64,000 nucleotides of DNA from Flavobacterium sp. (GCF_013822155.1 NZ_PNJW01000006.1:3554-67553), one strand, 5' to 3'. Shown: positions 26,331 through 36,604, counted from the stretch's first letter. Numbers and translations: made by a program. Notes: generated by a model not told the origin, from the letters alone.

Positions 26331-28177
26331 TGGATGAAAATTTAAAAAAAATAATTCCTTTTCTAAAACCATATCAATCTAATGTGGTTTGGAATATTAT
26401 TTTCAATATTTTATATGCTCTTTTTAGTACGCTTTCATTCATTACATTAATACCAATGCTTCAGGTTTTGTTTGAAAATGCAGAAAAAGTAGCTTCAAAA
26501 CCAACCTATAAATCGATTTGGGAAATAACCAGCTACGGAAAAGATTACTTATATTATTACATCACAAAATTATCTGATGAGAATGGTCCGCAATATGCCT
26601 TGTTATTAGTAGTCAGTTTAGTTATTTCTACTTTTCTATTAAAAAATTTCTTTAACTATCTAGCTTTAAACCATTTGATGCTAATCAAAAATGGCGTTCT
26701 AAGAGATTTAAGGAATAAAATGTTTGACAAAATCATCGATTTACCCATTTCCTATTATTCTGAAAAAAGAAAGGGTGATGTGATGGCCAGAATGCTAAAC
26801 GACGTTAATGAAGTTAAAAATTCTTTCTTTTCCATCTTGGAATTAGTGGTTAAAGAACCTATGACCATTCTTTTTACTATTGGTGCCATGGTAGCTATCA
26901 GTTTCAAACTCACTCTTTTTGTTTTTATTTTTATTCCGGTTTCCGGTTTTATTATTACTAAAATTGGTAAAAGTTTGAAATCAAAATCAAAACGAGCACA
27001 AGATGAAAACGGTTATTTAATTTCCATCGTAGAAGAAACATTGGCCGGATTAAAAGTTGTTAAAAGCTATAATTCAGAAGTAAATTTTAGAAGTAAATTC
27101 AACAATTCCATTCAACGTTTATTTAAACTTTCGAATAGTATAGGCAGAAAAAACAATTTATCTTCCCCTTTAAGCGAATTCATGGGAATCGTAGTCATAG
27201 CCATCCTATTATGGTATGGTGGAAATATGGTTTTGGTAGGTAAGTTAGCTGATGGTAGTCCAATTTTAGAAGGGGCTCATTTTTTAGCATACATGGGCTT
27301 AGCCTATAATATTTTAACTCCTGCAAAAGCCATTTCAAAAGCATCATACCAAGTAAAAACAGGACTAGCGGCTGCAGAACGGGTTTTTGACGTATTGGAA
27401 GTTGAAAATACAATTGTTGATAAGCCTGAAGCTATTCAAAAAAACGCCTTTGAGGAAAGTATTACCCTAGAAAAAATCAATTTTAAATATGAAGAGGAAA
27501 ATGTGTTGAAAAATTTCTCTTTAAAAGTTCCTAAAGGAAAAACGGTTGCTTTAGTTGGACAATCAGGAAGTGGCAAAAGCACCATAGCCAACTTATTAAC
27601 CCGTTTTTATGATGTACAACAAGGAAGTGTGAAAATTGATAATATTGATATTAAAGACATCAAGTTAGAATCACTTCGTAATTTAATGGGGTTGGTTACC
27701 CAAGACAGTATTTTGTTTAATGATACCATTAAAAATAACATATTAATAGGAAAGCAAAATGCAACTGATGCCGAAATAATTGAAGCATTGAAAATTGCAA
27801 ATGCCTTTGAATTTGTAAATGATTTACCGCTCGGAATTGAAACGAACATTGGAGACGCAGGCGGAAAATTATCCGGGGGACAAAAACAACGCTTGTCAAT
27901 AGCACGAGCCGTTTTGAAAAATCCACCAATTATGATTTTGGATGAAGCCACCTCTGCCCTAGATACAGAAAGCGAAAAGTTTGTGCAAGTTGCACTGGAA
28001 AATATGATGCAAAACAGAACCTCCATCGTAATAGCACACCGTCTTTCTACTATACAAAAAGCAGATTTGATTGTGGTGATGCAAAAAGGGGAAATTGTTG
28101 AACAAGGAACGCATGATGAATTGTTATCTCAAAATGGAATGTATTCGAAGTTAGTGATGATGCAGAGTTTTGAATAG
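26330..28177 (+). CDS. ABC exporter, fused permease/ATPase (MsbA-like)
   Basis: Six-TM N-terminal domain. Walker A 'GQSGSGKST', signature 'LSGGQKQR', Walker B 'IMILDEATSALD'. Confidence 0.85.
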   Translation: MDENLKKIIPFLKPYQSNVVWNIIFNILYALFSTLSFITLIPMLQVLFENAEKVASKPTYKSIWEITSYGKDYLYYYITKLSDENGPQYALLLVVSLVISTFLLKNFFNYLALNHLMLIKNGVLRDLRNKMFDKIIDLPISYYSEKRKGDVMARMLNDVNEVKNSFFSILELVVKEPMTILFTIGAMVAISFKLTLFVFIFIPVSGFIITKIGKSLKSKSKRAQDENGYLISIVEETLAGLKVVKSYNSEVNFRSKFNNSIQRLFKLSNSIGRKNNLSSPLSEFMGIVVIAILLWYGGNMVLVGKLADGSPILEGAHFLAYMGLAYNILTPAKAISKASYQVKTGLAAAERVFDVLEVENTIVDKPEAIQKNAFEESITLEKINFKYEEENVLKNFSLKVPKGKTVALVGQSGSGKSTIANLLTRFYDVQQGSVKIDNIDIKDIKLESLRNLMGLVTQDSILFNDTIKNNILIGKQNATDAEIIEALKIANAFEFVNDLPLGIETNIGDAGGKLSGGQKQRLSIARAVLKNPPIMILDEATSALDTESEKFVQVALENMMQNRTSIVIAHRLSTIQKADLIVVMQKGEIVEQGTHDELLSQNGMYSKLVMMQSFE

Positions 28178-28215
28178 GAAATGGATCAAGGGTAATAGAT
28201 TATAAAATAATAAAA

Positions 28216-28386
28216 ATGACAAGAAAAACTTTTACAATACTATTTATGATTCTGGCTTTTGTGTTTCTTTATGCAATGGCTCATTTTGAAAAATTAGACT
28301 TAGTCGGAAAATTCAGTTTTATGCTGGTTTTAACAGCATTTTACATAGGTCAATATTCAACAAAATTTCCAAAAGAAAAAGAATAA
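28216..28386 (+). CDS. Possible 56-aa two-TM micro-protein
   Basis: Hand-translated: MTRKTFTILFMILAFVFLYAMAHFEKLDLVGKFSFMLVLTAFYIGQYSTKFPKEKE. Fills most of the msbA-like/DUF2971 gap. No other support. Confidence 0.3.
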   Translation: MTRKTFTILFMILAFVFLYAMAHFEKLDLVGKFSFMLVLTAFYIGQYSTKFPKEKE

Positions 28387-28409
28387 TCTAAATAATCCAA
28401 TAACCCAAA

Positions 28410-29111
28410 ATGTTCATCCATAATCCAACAATCAACCTTCCTAAAGATCCGGACACTATTGTTTGGAAATACCTGGATTTGTCTAAATTTTTGGATTTGT
28501 TGCTTTCAAAAAAGCTCTTTATGTCTAGGTCGGATAAATTTGAAGACCAATACGAAGGAACCTTTAGCGAGCCAACCTACGAAGAAATCAGAAAAATTGC
28601 TGAAAACAATCCGGAGTTTTTAGATTATTATAAATCCCATCGCGAAAAAATTGTGATTAGTAGTTGGCACATCAATGAATATGAATCGTTTGCCATGTGG
28701 CAAATTTTCACCAAAAACAACGAAGGATTAGCTATACAATCTACCGTTAAAAGATTACAGGAAGCCTTGAAACCGGAGACTAAAACAACTCAATTTATTG
28801 GGGAAGTAAATTATATTGATTATAAAAAAGAATATATTCCGTTTGATGACACTTTTTTCCCCTTTTTATTTAAACGAAAAAGTTTTCAATACGAACGCGA
28901 AGTTCGCATTATTTCTGATGTGACTCAAAATAATATTGTCATAAATGAAGGATTAAAAATTGATGTCGATATTCACCAACTCATTGAAAAGATTTATATC
29001 CATCCGAAATCAGAAAACTGGTATAAAAATTTAGTGATTCAGTTAATGGAACAACTGGGTTTTAATTTTTCAATCGAAAAATCTGATTTAGAAAGTGATA
29101 TTCTGATTTAA
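28410..29111 (+). CDS. DUF2971-family protein
   Basis: N-terminal 'VWKYLDLSKFLDLLLSKKLFMSRSDKFEDQYEG' and later 'SWH...ESFAMWQIF' and 'YEREVRI' resemble the DUF2971 pattern. Confidence 0.5.
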   Translation: MFIHNPTINLPKDPDTIVWKYLDLSKFLDLLLSKKLFMSRSDKFEDQYEGTFSEPTYEEIRKIAENNPEFLDYYKSHREKIVISSWHINEYESFAMWQIFTKNNEGLAIQSTVKRLQEALKPETKTTQFIGEVNYIDYKKEYIPFDDTFFPFLFKRKSFQYEREVRIISDVTQNNIVINEGLKIDVDIHQLIEKIYIHPKSENWYKNLVIQLMEQLGFNFSIEKSDLESDILI

Positions 29112-29833
29112 TGAAACGGTTTATATTCGTTTAACTTCCATTCTTTATCCATTAAATCGACAAAATAATAAAATACGGTATCATCTTTATCAAAATCGCC
29201 GTTTTTGTTGGTATCTTCAGTTGTTCTAAAATAAAGTCTGTTTTTTGCTTCAATCAAATTCCAATCAATTAATTCCTGAAAATCAGGGGATAATTTCATA
29301 AAATGATTTCCTGAAATTTCACTGATATAAAGCGATTTGATATCATTAGCATCCAGCTTTCCATCTTTGTTAGTATCCATATCAGAAATGGAATAAACTA
29401 AAATCTGTTTTTTTGTTTTTTCCGCAATTGTATTTAAAAAAGTAGCGGTTTGTATAATAACAATTTTATCGGTTAATGGCCTTGTTGCTGTTGAATCTAG
29501 ATGTTGAAAACGGATATTATTCAAGTATCCGGTAATTTCGAATCGATTATAATTTGATATAGAATAACTAACCCGACTTGTACTGGACGAACCGTAACTG
29601 GATTTAGAACTACCATCATAAACGCGAACATCTCCAATAGGATGCAGCAAAAAGCTGGTTCCTTCCATGTGAATGGGTAAATCAGCAATTTTGATTTGAG
29701 TGGTATCTTTTTTCACTTCCACTTGTGCAGGCGATTCTTTATAAGTTACTTTTGGCTTCTCCTTTTCATCTTCTTTGCAACCAAAAGTTACTACTAAAAT
29801 CAACAATAAAACAGCATTAATAAAAGTCTTCAT
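29108..29833 (-). CDS. Lipoprotein with two EF-hand-like calcium-binding loops
   Basis: Lipobox 'VTFGCKEDEKEK'. 'DTNKDGKLDAND' and 'DTNKNGDFDKDD' fit DxNxDGxxDxxD loops. Last gene of a three-gene minus-strand operon. Confidence 0.5.
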   Translation of the reverse strand: MKTFINAVLLLILVVTFGCKEDEKEKPKVTYKESPAQVEVKKDTTQIKIADLPIHMEGTSFLLHPIGDVRVYDGSSKSSYGSSSTSRVSYSISNYNRFEITGYLNNIRFQHLDSTATRPLTDKIVIIQTATFLNTIAEKTKKQILVYSISDMDTNKDGKLDANDIKSLYISEISGNHFMKLSPDFQELIDWNLIEAKNRLYFRTTEDTNKNGDFDKDDTVFYYFVDLMDKEWKLNEYKPFH

Positions 29834-29877
29834 ACGATTGTGAGTTATTATCCAAAGATATAAAATTTAATCTTTGG

Positions 29878-32343
29878 TTAGAGTCTTGCGGTCAATTTCA
29901 CATTAAAAACTCTGGTCGTCATATAATTCGGAATACCATATTGGGTTTTGGTATACACATCGCGTACCCACGTATTTGTTATGGCATTTTGATTATTAAA
30001 CAAATTAAATATTTCCAATCCAACAGACAGGTCTTTAAAACGTTTTAACCAATGTCCTTCAGGTCTGCTTTCATTTTTTTCCGTTAAAACATAGGAGAAA
30101 CCTACGTCAGCTCTGCGATAATCTTTCAATCGCAATTGATAATCATACGGATCAGCATAAGATGGAGAACCACCCGGAAGACCTGTATTATAAACCAAAT
30201 TTAAATACATTTTTAAACTTGGAATAGACGGAACATAATCCTGAAAAAGTACGCCAAATTTCAATCGTTGATCCGATGGTCTGGCGATGTATCCTTTATC
30301 CTGAATGTTTTCCTCTGTTTTTAAATAGCCTAAACTAAACCAAGATTCCGTTCCGGGAACAAATTCACCGTTAATTCTAAAATCTGCACCATAAACATAG
30401 GCTTCCGTTTCATTATCAGCTCGGTAACGAATTCGAACATTATCAACGGTATAAGCATTTACATCTGCAAGCGTTTTATAATATAATTCGCTGACCAATT
30501 TAAATGGTCTGTTCCACATTTTGAAACTGTAGTCATTACCCATAATAAAATGAATGGATTGTTGAGCTTTTACATCCGGTTGAATCACTCCGTCATAATC
30601 CCGCAGTTCGCGATAAAATGGAGGTTGGTAATAAAATCCTCCGGAAACTCTAAAAACCATATCACTATTCCATTCGGGTTTAATAGCAAATTGTGCTCTC
30701 GGACTAAATACTGTTTGTGCTTGAGATTGAACGCCGTCACCTGAAACTTGCCAATGTTGCATCCGTACACCGGCATTATACCAAACTTCACTGGTTCCTA
30801 AAGTAGCTTTTTTACTCCATTGCCCATATCCTGAAAAGCGATCGATAGTTACAAAATTAGTTGCTCTAACATCTTGATAGGGAACTAAGGGACCTGTATA
30901 AGGGTTGTAAGGCTGATCATTTACGGGAAAATCGCGAGGCGGATTAATTGAAAATCCGGCAGAATCGATTACTTCCCATTCCACTAATCTATCCCTGATG
31001 TCTTCACGGGTATATTTAACGCCCCATTCAATGGCATGCGTTTCTATTTTGTGAAAACCTTTCACTTCAGCATTAATAATCAAGGCATCTAAATTGTTAC
31101 GACCATGATTAAGTTGAGTACCAATCCCACGATTAAAGGTTACATCTCCAAACGTTTCTGAACCAATATTACTGTCTACTTCACCTAAATAATAAGCAGC
31201 CAATATATCAAAATATTCTTGCTCTTGTGTATGATAAACTGACCCAATAAACTTTAAGGTAGTATTGTCATTTACAGTAAAGGATGTTTTTATTGCCCCA
31301 AATAAAGTTTGGTATTTGTCTTTTTCCTGACCTTCATAAAAAACCTGTAAAGCAATCGGTTCATCGATTGTTCCAAAATTAGTCTGACGTGTCAAAGGCT
31401 CATAATTATAGGTGTTCTGAGAAATATTTCCTAAAAATCCCCATTGCCATCTTGCATTGGGCGTATAAGTCAAATACGTTTGAATGTCTGCAAAAGTAGG
31501 TTTGTAATTTGACTCTGTTTCCTGACTGTTAACCAATAAACTATTATCTCTGTAGCGAACCCCGGTGATATTAGCCCACTTTTGATTCTTACTCACTCCT
31601 TCTACAGTTAAACTTCCACCCAATAAACTGGCTTCTAAAGCCGCTGCAAAATGAGTTGGAATTCGATAAGTAATATCTAATACTGAAGATAATTTATCGC
31701 CATATTTAGCTTGAAAACCACCGGCAGAAAAATCAACATTCTGCACCATATCTGTATTTGTAAAACTCAATCCTTCTTGTTGACCGGAACGAATCAAAAA
31801 TGGACGATAGACTTCTATTTCATTGACATAAACTAAGTTTTCATCATAATTTCCTCCCCGAACAGAATATTGCGTACTTAATTCATTATTTGAATTTACA
31901 CCAGGCAAAGTCTTTAAAATATTTTCAACACCGGCATTTGCACCTGGAATTGTTCTGATGACGGCTGGTTCAATTGAAGTTATTCCTTCTACTCGTTTCT
32001 GTTTTCCGGAAGTAATGATGACCTCTCCCAAAAGCTCATCCGAATCACTCATTTGAAAATTATATTCATAATCTTCGTTTGTTTTTAATTCTATTCTTAA
32101 AGTAGCTCTTTTTAAAGAAACATGAGTAAAAACCAAAGTGATTTTTTGATTCGCCGGAATTGTTAAGATATAAAACCCATTTTCGTTGGTAACGGTGCCT
32201 TTATCCTGAAAATTAATACTGACTCCCTCAACCGGATTGTTATTTTTATCTAAAATAATTCCTTTAATTCTGGCGGTTTGAGCATTTGAGGCAAATCCAA
32301 CACAAAAAAGCAGGAAAGCCAATAAAATTTGTTTTGTTTTCAA
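29878..32343 (-). CDS. TonB-dependent receptor with N-terminal carboxypeptidase-regulatory-like domain
   Basis: Signal peptide. 'IKGIILDKNNNPVEGVSINF....TNENGFY' CarboxypepD_reg. Plug ('ENILKTLPGV......SVRGG'). About 600-aa beta-barrel. Confidence 0.8.
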   Translation of the reverse strand: MKTKQILLAFLLFCVGFASNAQTARIKGIILDKNNNPVEGVSINFQDKGTVTNENGFYILTIPANQKITLVFTHVSLKRATLRIELKTNEDYEYNFQMSDSDELLGEVIITSGKQKRVEGITSIEPAVIRTIPGANAGVENILKTLPGVNSNNELSTQYSVRGGNYDENLVYVNEIEVYRPFLIRSGQQEGLSFTNTDMVQNVDFSAGGFQAKYGDKLSSVLDITYRIPTHFAAALEASLLGGSLTVEGVSKNQKWANITGVRYRDNSLLVNSQETESNYKPTFADIQTYLTYTPNARWQWGFLGNISQNTYNYEPLTRQTNFGTIDEPIALQVFYEGQEKDKYQTLFGAIKTSFTVNDNTTLKFIGSVYHTQEQEYFDILAAYYLGEVDSNIGSETFGDVTFNRGIGTQLNHGRNNLDALIINAEVKGFHKIETHAIEWGVKYTREDIRDRLVEWEVIDSAGFSINPPRDFPVNDQPYNPYTGPLVPYQDVRATNFVTIDRFSGYGQWSKKATLGTSEVWYNAGVRMQHWQVSGDGVQSQAQTVFSPRAQFAIKPEWNSDMVFRVSGGFYYQPPFYRELRDYDGVIQPDVKAQQSIHFIMGNDYSFKMWNRPFKLVSELYYKTLADVNAYTVDNVRIRYRADNETEAYVYGADFRINGEFVPGTESWFSLGYLKTEENIQDKGYIARPSDQRLKFGVLFQDYVPSIPSLKMYLNLVYNTGLPGGSPSYADPYDYQLRLKDYRRADVGFSYVLTEKNESRPEGHWLKRFKDLSVGLEIFNLFNNQNAITNTWVRDVYTKTQYGIPNYMTTRVFNVKLTARL

Positions 32344-32352
32344 AAGATAGGT

Positions 32353-34050
32353 TTAAGGTTGCTGACTTCTAAAAAAATGTGATTCAAATATAGTAGAATT
32401 TCCGACATTATCGGTTACTACAATTTTTAATTCATTTCGTCCTTCTATAACGACATTATCTGAAAAATCGTGTGTGATTTTATTGGTCTTATAATCATAA
32501 TCAAATAATATCCATTTTCCGTTCAAGTAACCCGTATAAGTTTTAATACCGGAAAGGTCATCTGTAATTTCAAATTGCAAATCATTTTGTTTACTTAACC
32601 ATTTACCTTCCTGAAAGTTAACAGATGTGATTTTAGGCGAAATAGAATCTTTTATTAAACGAAATTCCCCTAAATTACGCGTCCATGTTGTAAATTTTTT
32701 TTCTTTCATTTTCGTTGAATTATAATATGTTTTTTTACCGTTTATGGTGGCAATGAAAAACTTATCACGGTCAGCGTCAGGAATCGAATCCTCTTCAAAG
32801 GTGACAGAAAAATTGGAATGAACGGGCGTTGAATCATCGTGCAAATACAAAACCTTGTCTTTTACATCAAATTTTAAATGAAAATCATCGTAAAAAGTTT
32901 GCTCAGGTATAAATACTGAAATCTTATCTTTTTCAAAAATATATTCGTTATCGGATTTAATAAAATAATTCGTTTTTTTTATTGCTTTTGGAATTTTAAC
33001 CTCCTGATCAGCAGACTCTATAGGAATAGTTACTGCTGTTTTATTGCCATTAAAATCCGCAATTTCAATTTTATAAATAGACGTAATATTAGGCGGAATT
33101 GTAATAATCCCATCCGTTAAACTAGAAGAAATTAAACTGAGGGGATATTTTTTGGTATAATACATTTTCTGAACCCGTTGATTCATCTTTTTATACCGAT
33201 AATAATCAATATACGCATTAATATAACGGGTTTCATCATAGCTAAATGTATTAAAAGCAATGTCAAAAGCAGGTTTTCCATCTAAATATGTTTGCATTTT
33301 ATAAATTCCGTTTTTACCATAATTATTATCCGATCCGTCATAGGTATTAACCCCAATACCTATTTTACCTTTAGCTAAAACTTTTGAGGCTAAATAAGTT
33401 CCGTCTTTTTGTAATGATAGGGGAATAGAAATAGGCTGTTGAGATTGATTCACAACAGCATCGTCACTGATGGGATAAACCACTATTTCGTTCACAACCG
33501 GAACTTTAGTGTCTTTTATTTTAGCATCTAATCCAAAAAACAATGGATTGATTATTTTTTCAGTTTGTGAATCTCGGTATTCAAAATGCAAATGCGGACC
33601 GCCGGAACCTCCTGAATTTCCGGACAAAGCAATTATCTCTCCCTGTTTTACAGGTAGAACACCTTCGCCCAAAAAAAGGTCAACTTCGAAACTTTGTTCT
33701 TTATAATGTTGCTCTTTTAAATAGGCGTCAATCTTAGGGGCAGTCTTCAACAAATGTCCATAAACGGAAGTATACCCGTTTGGATGGGTAATATAAAGTG
33801 CTTTCCCATAACCAAAAGTGGAAATTTTAATTCTGGATATATACCCATCTCCGGTTGCATAAACATTAAAACCGGTTTTTGATTGTGTTCTAAAATCTAA
33901 ACCGGAATGAAAATGATTAGAACGCAATTCACCGAAAGTACCGGAAAGAAGCAAAGGAATATCTAAAGGAGAAATAAAATCATTTTGTGGATAGTTCACC
34001 TGTGAAAAGGCATTGATTGAGGCAAAAAGTAATAATAAAGTGTATTTCAT
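32353..34050 (-). CDS. M23-family (LytM-type) metallopeptidase with long C-terminal extension
   Basis: 'HFHSGLDF' and 'GGPHLHFEYR' zinc-ligand motifs. About 370 extra C-terminal residues of unknown fold. Confidence 0.85.
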   Translation of the reverse strand: MKYTLLLLFASINAFSQVNYPQNDFISPLDIPLLLSGTFGELRSNHFHSGLDFRTQSKTGFNVYATGDGYISRIKISTFGYGKALYITHPNGYTSVYGHLLKTAPKIDAYLKEQHYKEQSFEVDLFLGEGVLPVKQGEIIALSGNSGGSGGPHLHFEYRDSQTEKIINPLFFGLDAKIKDTKVPVVNEIVVYPISDDAVVNQSQQPISIPLSLQKDGTYLASKVLAKGKIGIGVNTYDGSDNNYGKNGIYKMQTYLDGKPAFDIAFNTFSYDETRYINAYIDYYRYKKMNQRVQKMYYTKKYPLSLISSSLTDGIITIPPNITSIYKIEIADFNGNKTAVTIPIESADQEVKIPKAIKKTNYFIKSDNEYIFEKDKISVFIPEQTFYDDFHLKFDVKDKVLYLHDDSTPVHSNFSVTFEEDSIPDADRDKFFIATINGKKTYYNSTKMKEKKFTTWTRNLGEFRLIKDSISPKITSVNFQEGKWLSKQNDLQFEITDDLSGIKTYTGYLNGKWILFDYDYKTNKITHDFSDNVVIEGRNELKIVVTDNVGNSTIFESHFFRSQQP

Positions 34051-34201
34051 GGCTTCGAATTTTTGCTAATTTAAAAAAAGTATAGCAAATTTCAAACCAA
34101 AGCTAAAAAATACTATTTCAATGATTTACCATCAGTTAGTGAGAAATAAAAATTGAATATAAAATTTATTTTTTTTATTTGCGTTAATCGTTTAGGAATA
34201 C

Positions 34202-34209
34202 TAACTTTG
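34202..34209 (+). promoter_or_regulatory. Candidate -7 box (TAACTTTG) for the coiled-coil/zapA operon
   Basis: Exact TAnnTTTG, 28 nt upstream of the ATG at 34237. Confidence 0.4.
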
Positions 34210-34236
34210 TAAATCGTGTAATGAATATATGCTCCA

Positions 34237-34527
34237 ATGAGTGAAATGGTAGAAATTGTTGATTCTCTTGAAAATAGACTCTCCAAACTGATAAGCAAAA
34301 TGCAAGGTTTAGAGACAACTATACAAGATTTAAAACAGGAATTAAACAAAGCAAACCGAAACATACAAATTCAAGCCAGTGAGATGGAAAGCTTGAAAAA
34401 ACAATATGAAACACTCAAAATAGCCAATTCATTATTAGGCAGTGACGAAAACAAAAGAGATACGAAGCTTAAAATAAATTCATTAATTCGTGAAATTGAT
34501 TACTGTATTGCACAGTTATCTGATTAA
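34237..34527 (+). CDS. Small coiled-coil protein (ZapB-like position upstream of zapA)
   Basis: 96 aa with heptad-rich sequence. Six-nt gap to zapA. No specific family recognised. Confidence 0.5.
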   Translation: MSEMVEIVDSLENRLSKLISKMQGLETTIQDLKQELNKANRNIQIQASEMESLKKQYETLKIANSLLGSDENKRDTKLKINSLIREIDYCIAQLSD

Positions 34528-34533
34528 TACAGC

Positions 34534-34827
34534 ATGAACGAAAAGCTTAAAATTAAATTATCAATTGCTGACCGCGTTTATCCGTTAACGGTGGACCCAA
34601 GTCAGGAAGAAGGATTGCGAAGTGCTTCAAAAAAAATTGATGTGATGATTAAGCAATTCGAACAAAATTATGCCGTGAGAGATAAACAAGATGTTTTGGC
34701 CATGTGTGCCTTGCAGTTTGCCTCGCAATTAGAGCAAAAACAAATCGAAAAAACGGAAGATAATCAGGAATCGTTAGAGAGACTGAAAAAAATAAATGAT
34801 TTATTAGCCAATTATCTGGAAAAATAA
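34534..34827 (+). CDS. zapA: Cell-division protein ZapA
   Basis: 97 aa. 'KIKLSIADRVYPLTVDPSQEE.LR.A...I' N-terminal fold followed by a coiled coil. Confidence 0.7.
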   Translation: MNEKLKIKLSIADRVYPLTVDPSQEEGLRSASKKIDVMIKQFEQNYAVRDKQDVLAMCALQFASQLEQKQIEKTEDNQESLERLKKINDLLANYLEK

Positions 34828-34856
34828 ATACGTTCTTACACACTAATTAAGATACT

Positions 34857-35018
34857 GCCTACATTAGTTTCTATTTGATAAACTCAACACTAACAATTTA
34901 GAATGAGCAAATCTTCATTACTAAAGCATGCCCTCCTTGTAGTGGGATCCTTGAACAATGAGTTAGCTCAAAACTTGTCTTATCGAGTTTATACAATCAC
35001 CTAATGTAGGCTTTTTTT
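34857..35018 (+). ncRNA. ssrS: Rod-like structured RNA: candidate 6S (SsrS / 6S-Flavo type) RNA, or alternatively a structured rny leader
   Basis: Perfect 11-bp closing stem: gcctacattag (34857-34867) pairs with ctaatgtaggc (35001-35011). Inner paired segments are ataaactc/gagtttat, taacaattt/aaacttgtctta (bulged) and tgagc/gctca. T7 run at 35012-18. Sits directly after zapA as ssrS does in E. coli. Confidence 0.5.
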
Positions 35019-35038
35019 ATATATAAACCTTAAAACAA

Positions 35039-36604
35039 ATGGACAGTACATTACTACTTATTATCGCCGGAATTGTTGGAATTGCAGCGGGTTTTGCTAT
35101 AGCAAAAGTCATTGAAAAAAGCAACGTTTCCAACCTTATAAAAAACGCAAAAAAGGAAGCCACTTCCATCTTAAAAGATGCAAAAGTTGAAGCTGAAAAT
35201 ATCAAAAAAGACAAACTCCTTCAAGCGAAAGAAAAATTTTTAGAGTTAAAATCAGAACATGAAAAAGAGATTTTATCCAAAGACAAAAAAATAGCGGAAG
35301 TTGAAAAAAGAACAAGAGATAAAGAATCTCAAGTTTCAAGTGAACTAGCTAAAGCAAAGAAATCAGCAGATGATTTTGATATCAAAATTGCAGATTACAA
35401 TAACCGAATTGAAATTTTAGACAAAAAACAAATTGAACTGGAAAAACTGCACAAAAGTCAAGTGCAACAATTAGAAGTTATTTCCGGTTTATCAGCTGAA
35501 GAAGCAAAAGAACAATTAGTTGAAAGCTTAAAAGCTGAGGCTAAAACAAAAGCAATGGCTCATATTCAAGACACTTTGGAAGAAGCCAAACTAACAGCTC
35601 AACAAGAAGCTAAAAAAGTTATCATCAATACGATTCAACGCGTAGGAACGGAAGAAGCAGTTGAAAATTGTGTGTCTGTTTTCAACATTGAATCAGATGA
35701 CGTAAAAGGAAGAATCATTGGTCGTGAAGGACGAAATATTCGTGCGTTAGAAGCCGCTACCGGAGTTGAAATTATTGTTGATGATACCCCGGAAGCAATT
35801 ATACTTTCTTGCTTTGATCCTGTTCGAAGAGAAATTGCCCGTTTAGCATTACATAAATTGGTTACCGACGGACGTATTCACCCTGCTCGAATTGAAGAAG
35901 TAGTTGCTAAAACTACTAAACAAATTGACGATGAAATTATTGAAGTAGGTAAACGTACGGTTATCGATTTAGGAATACATGGTTTACACCCGGAATTGAT
36001 TAAAGTGGTGGGTAGAATGAAATACCGTTCTTCCTACGGACAAAACTTATTACAACACTCGCGTGAAGTTTCTAAACTTTGTGGTATCATGGCGGCTGAA
36101 TTAGGCTTAAACGTGAAACTTGCAAAACGGGCCGGTTTACTGCACGACATCGGAAAAGTACCTGATACAGAAAGTGAATTACCTCATGCTATTTTAGGTA
36201 TGCAATGGGCTGAAAAATATGGCGAGAAAGAAGAAGTGTGTAACGCCATTGGAGCTCACCACGATGAAATTGAAATGAAGTATTTAATTTCTCCTATTAT
36301 TCAGGTTTGTGATGCTATTTCAGGTGCAAGACCGGGAGCAAGACGTCAGGTTTTAGATTCTTATATTCAACGTTTAAAAGACTTAGAAGCAATCGCGTTT
36401 GGATTTAATGGGGTGAAAAGTGCGTATGCCATTCAGGCGGGTCGTGAATTGCGTGTAATTGTGGAAAGTGAAAAAGTTTCTGATGAACAAGCAGCCAAAC
36501 TTTCCTTTGAAGTATCTCAAAAAATTCAAACAGAAATGACTTATCCCGGACAGGTAAAAATTACGGTGATTCGTGAAACCAGAGCAGTGAATATTGCGAA
36601 GTAG
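35039..36604 (+). CDS. rny: Ribonuclease Y
   Basis: N-terminal TM anchor, long coiled coil, KH domain ('[15 protein letters not shown]') and HD domain ('LLHDIGK...GAHHDE'). Confidence 0.92.
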   Translation: MDSTLLLIIAGIVGIAAGFAIAKVIEKSNVSNLIKNAKKEATSILKDAKVEAENIKKDKLLQAKEKFLELKSEHEKEILSKDKKIAEVEKRTRDKESQVSSELAKAKKSADDFDIKIADYNNRIEILDKKQIELEKLHKSQVQQLEVISGLSAEEAKEQLVESLKAEAKTKAMAHIQDTLEEAKLTAQQEAKKVIINTIQRVGTEEAVENCVSVFNIESDDVKGRIIGREGRNIRALEAATGVEIIVDDTPEAIILSCFDPVRREIARLALHKLVTDGRIHPARIEEVVAKTTKQIDDEIIEVGKRTVIDLGIHGLHPELIKVVGRMKYRSSYGQNLLQHSREVSKLCGIMAAELGLNVKLAKRAGLLHDIGKVPDTESELPHAILGMQWAEKYGEKEEVCNAIGAHHDEIEMKYLISPIIQVCDAISGARPGARRQVLDSYIQRLKDLEAIAFGFNGVKSAYAIQAGRELRVIVESEKVSDEQAAKLSFEVSQKIQTEMTYPGQVKITVIRETRAVNIAK

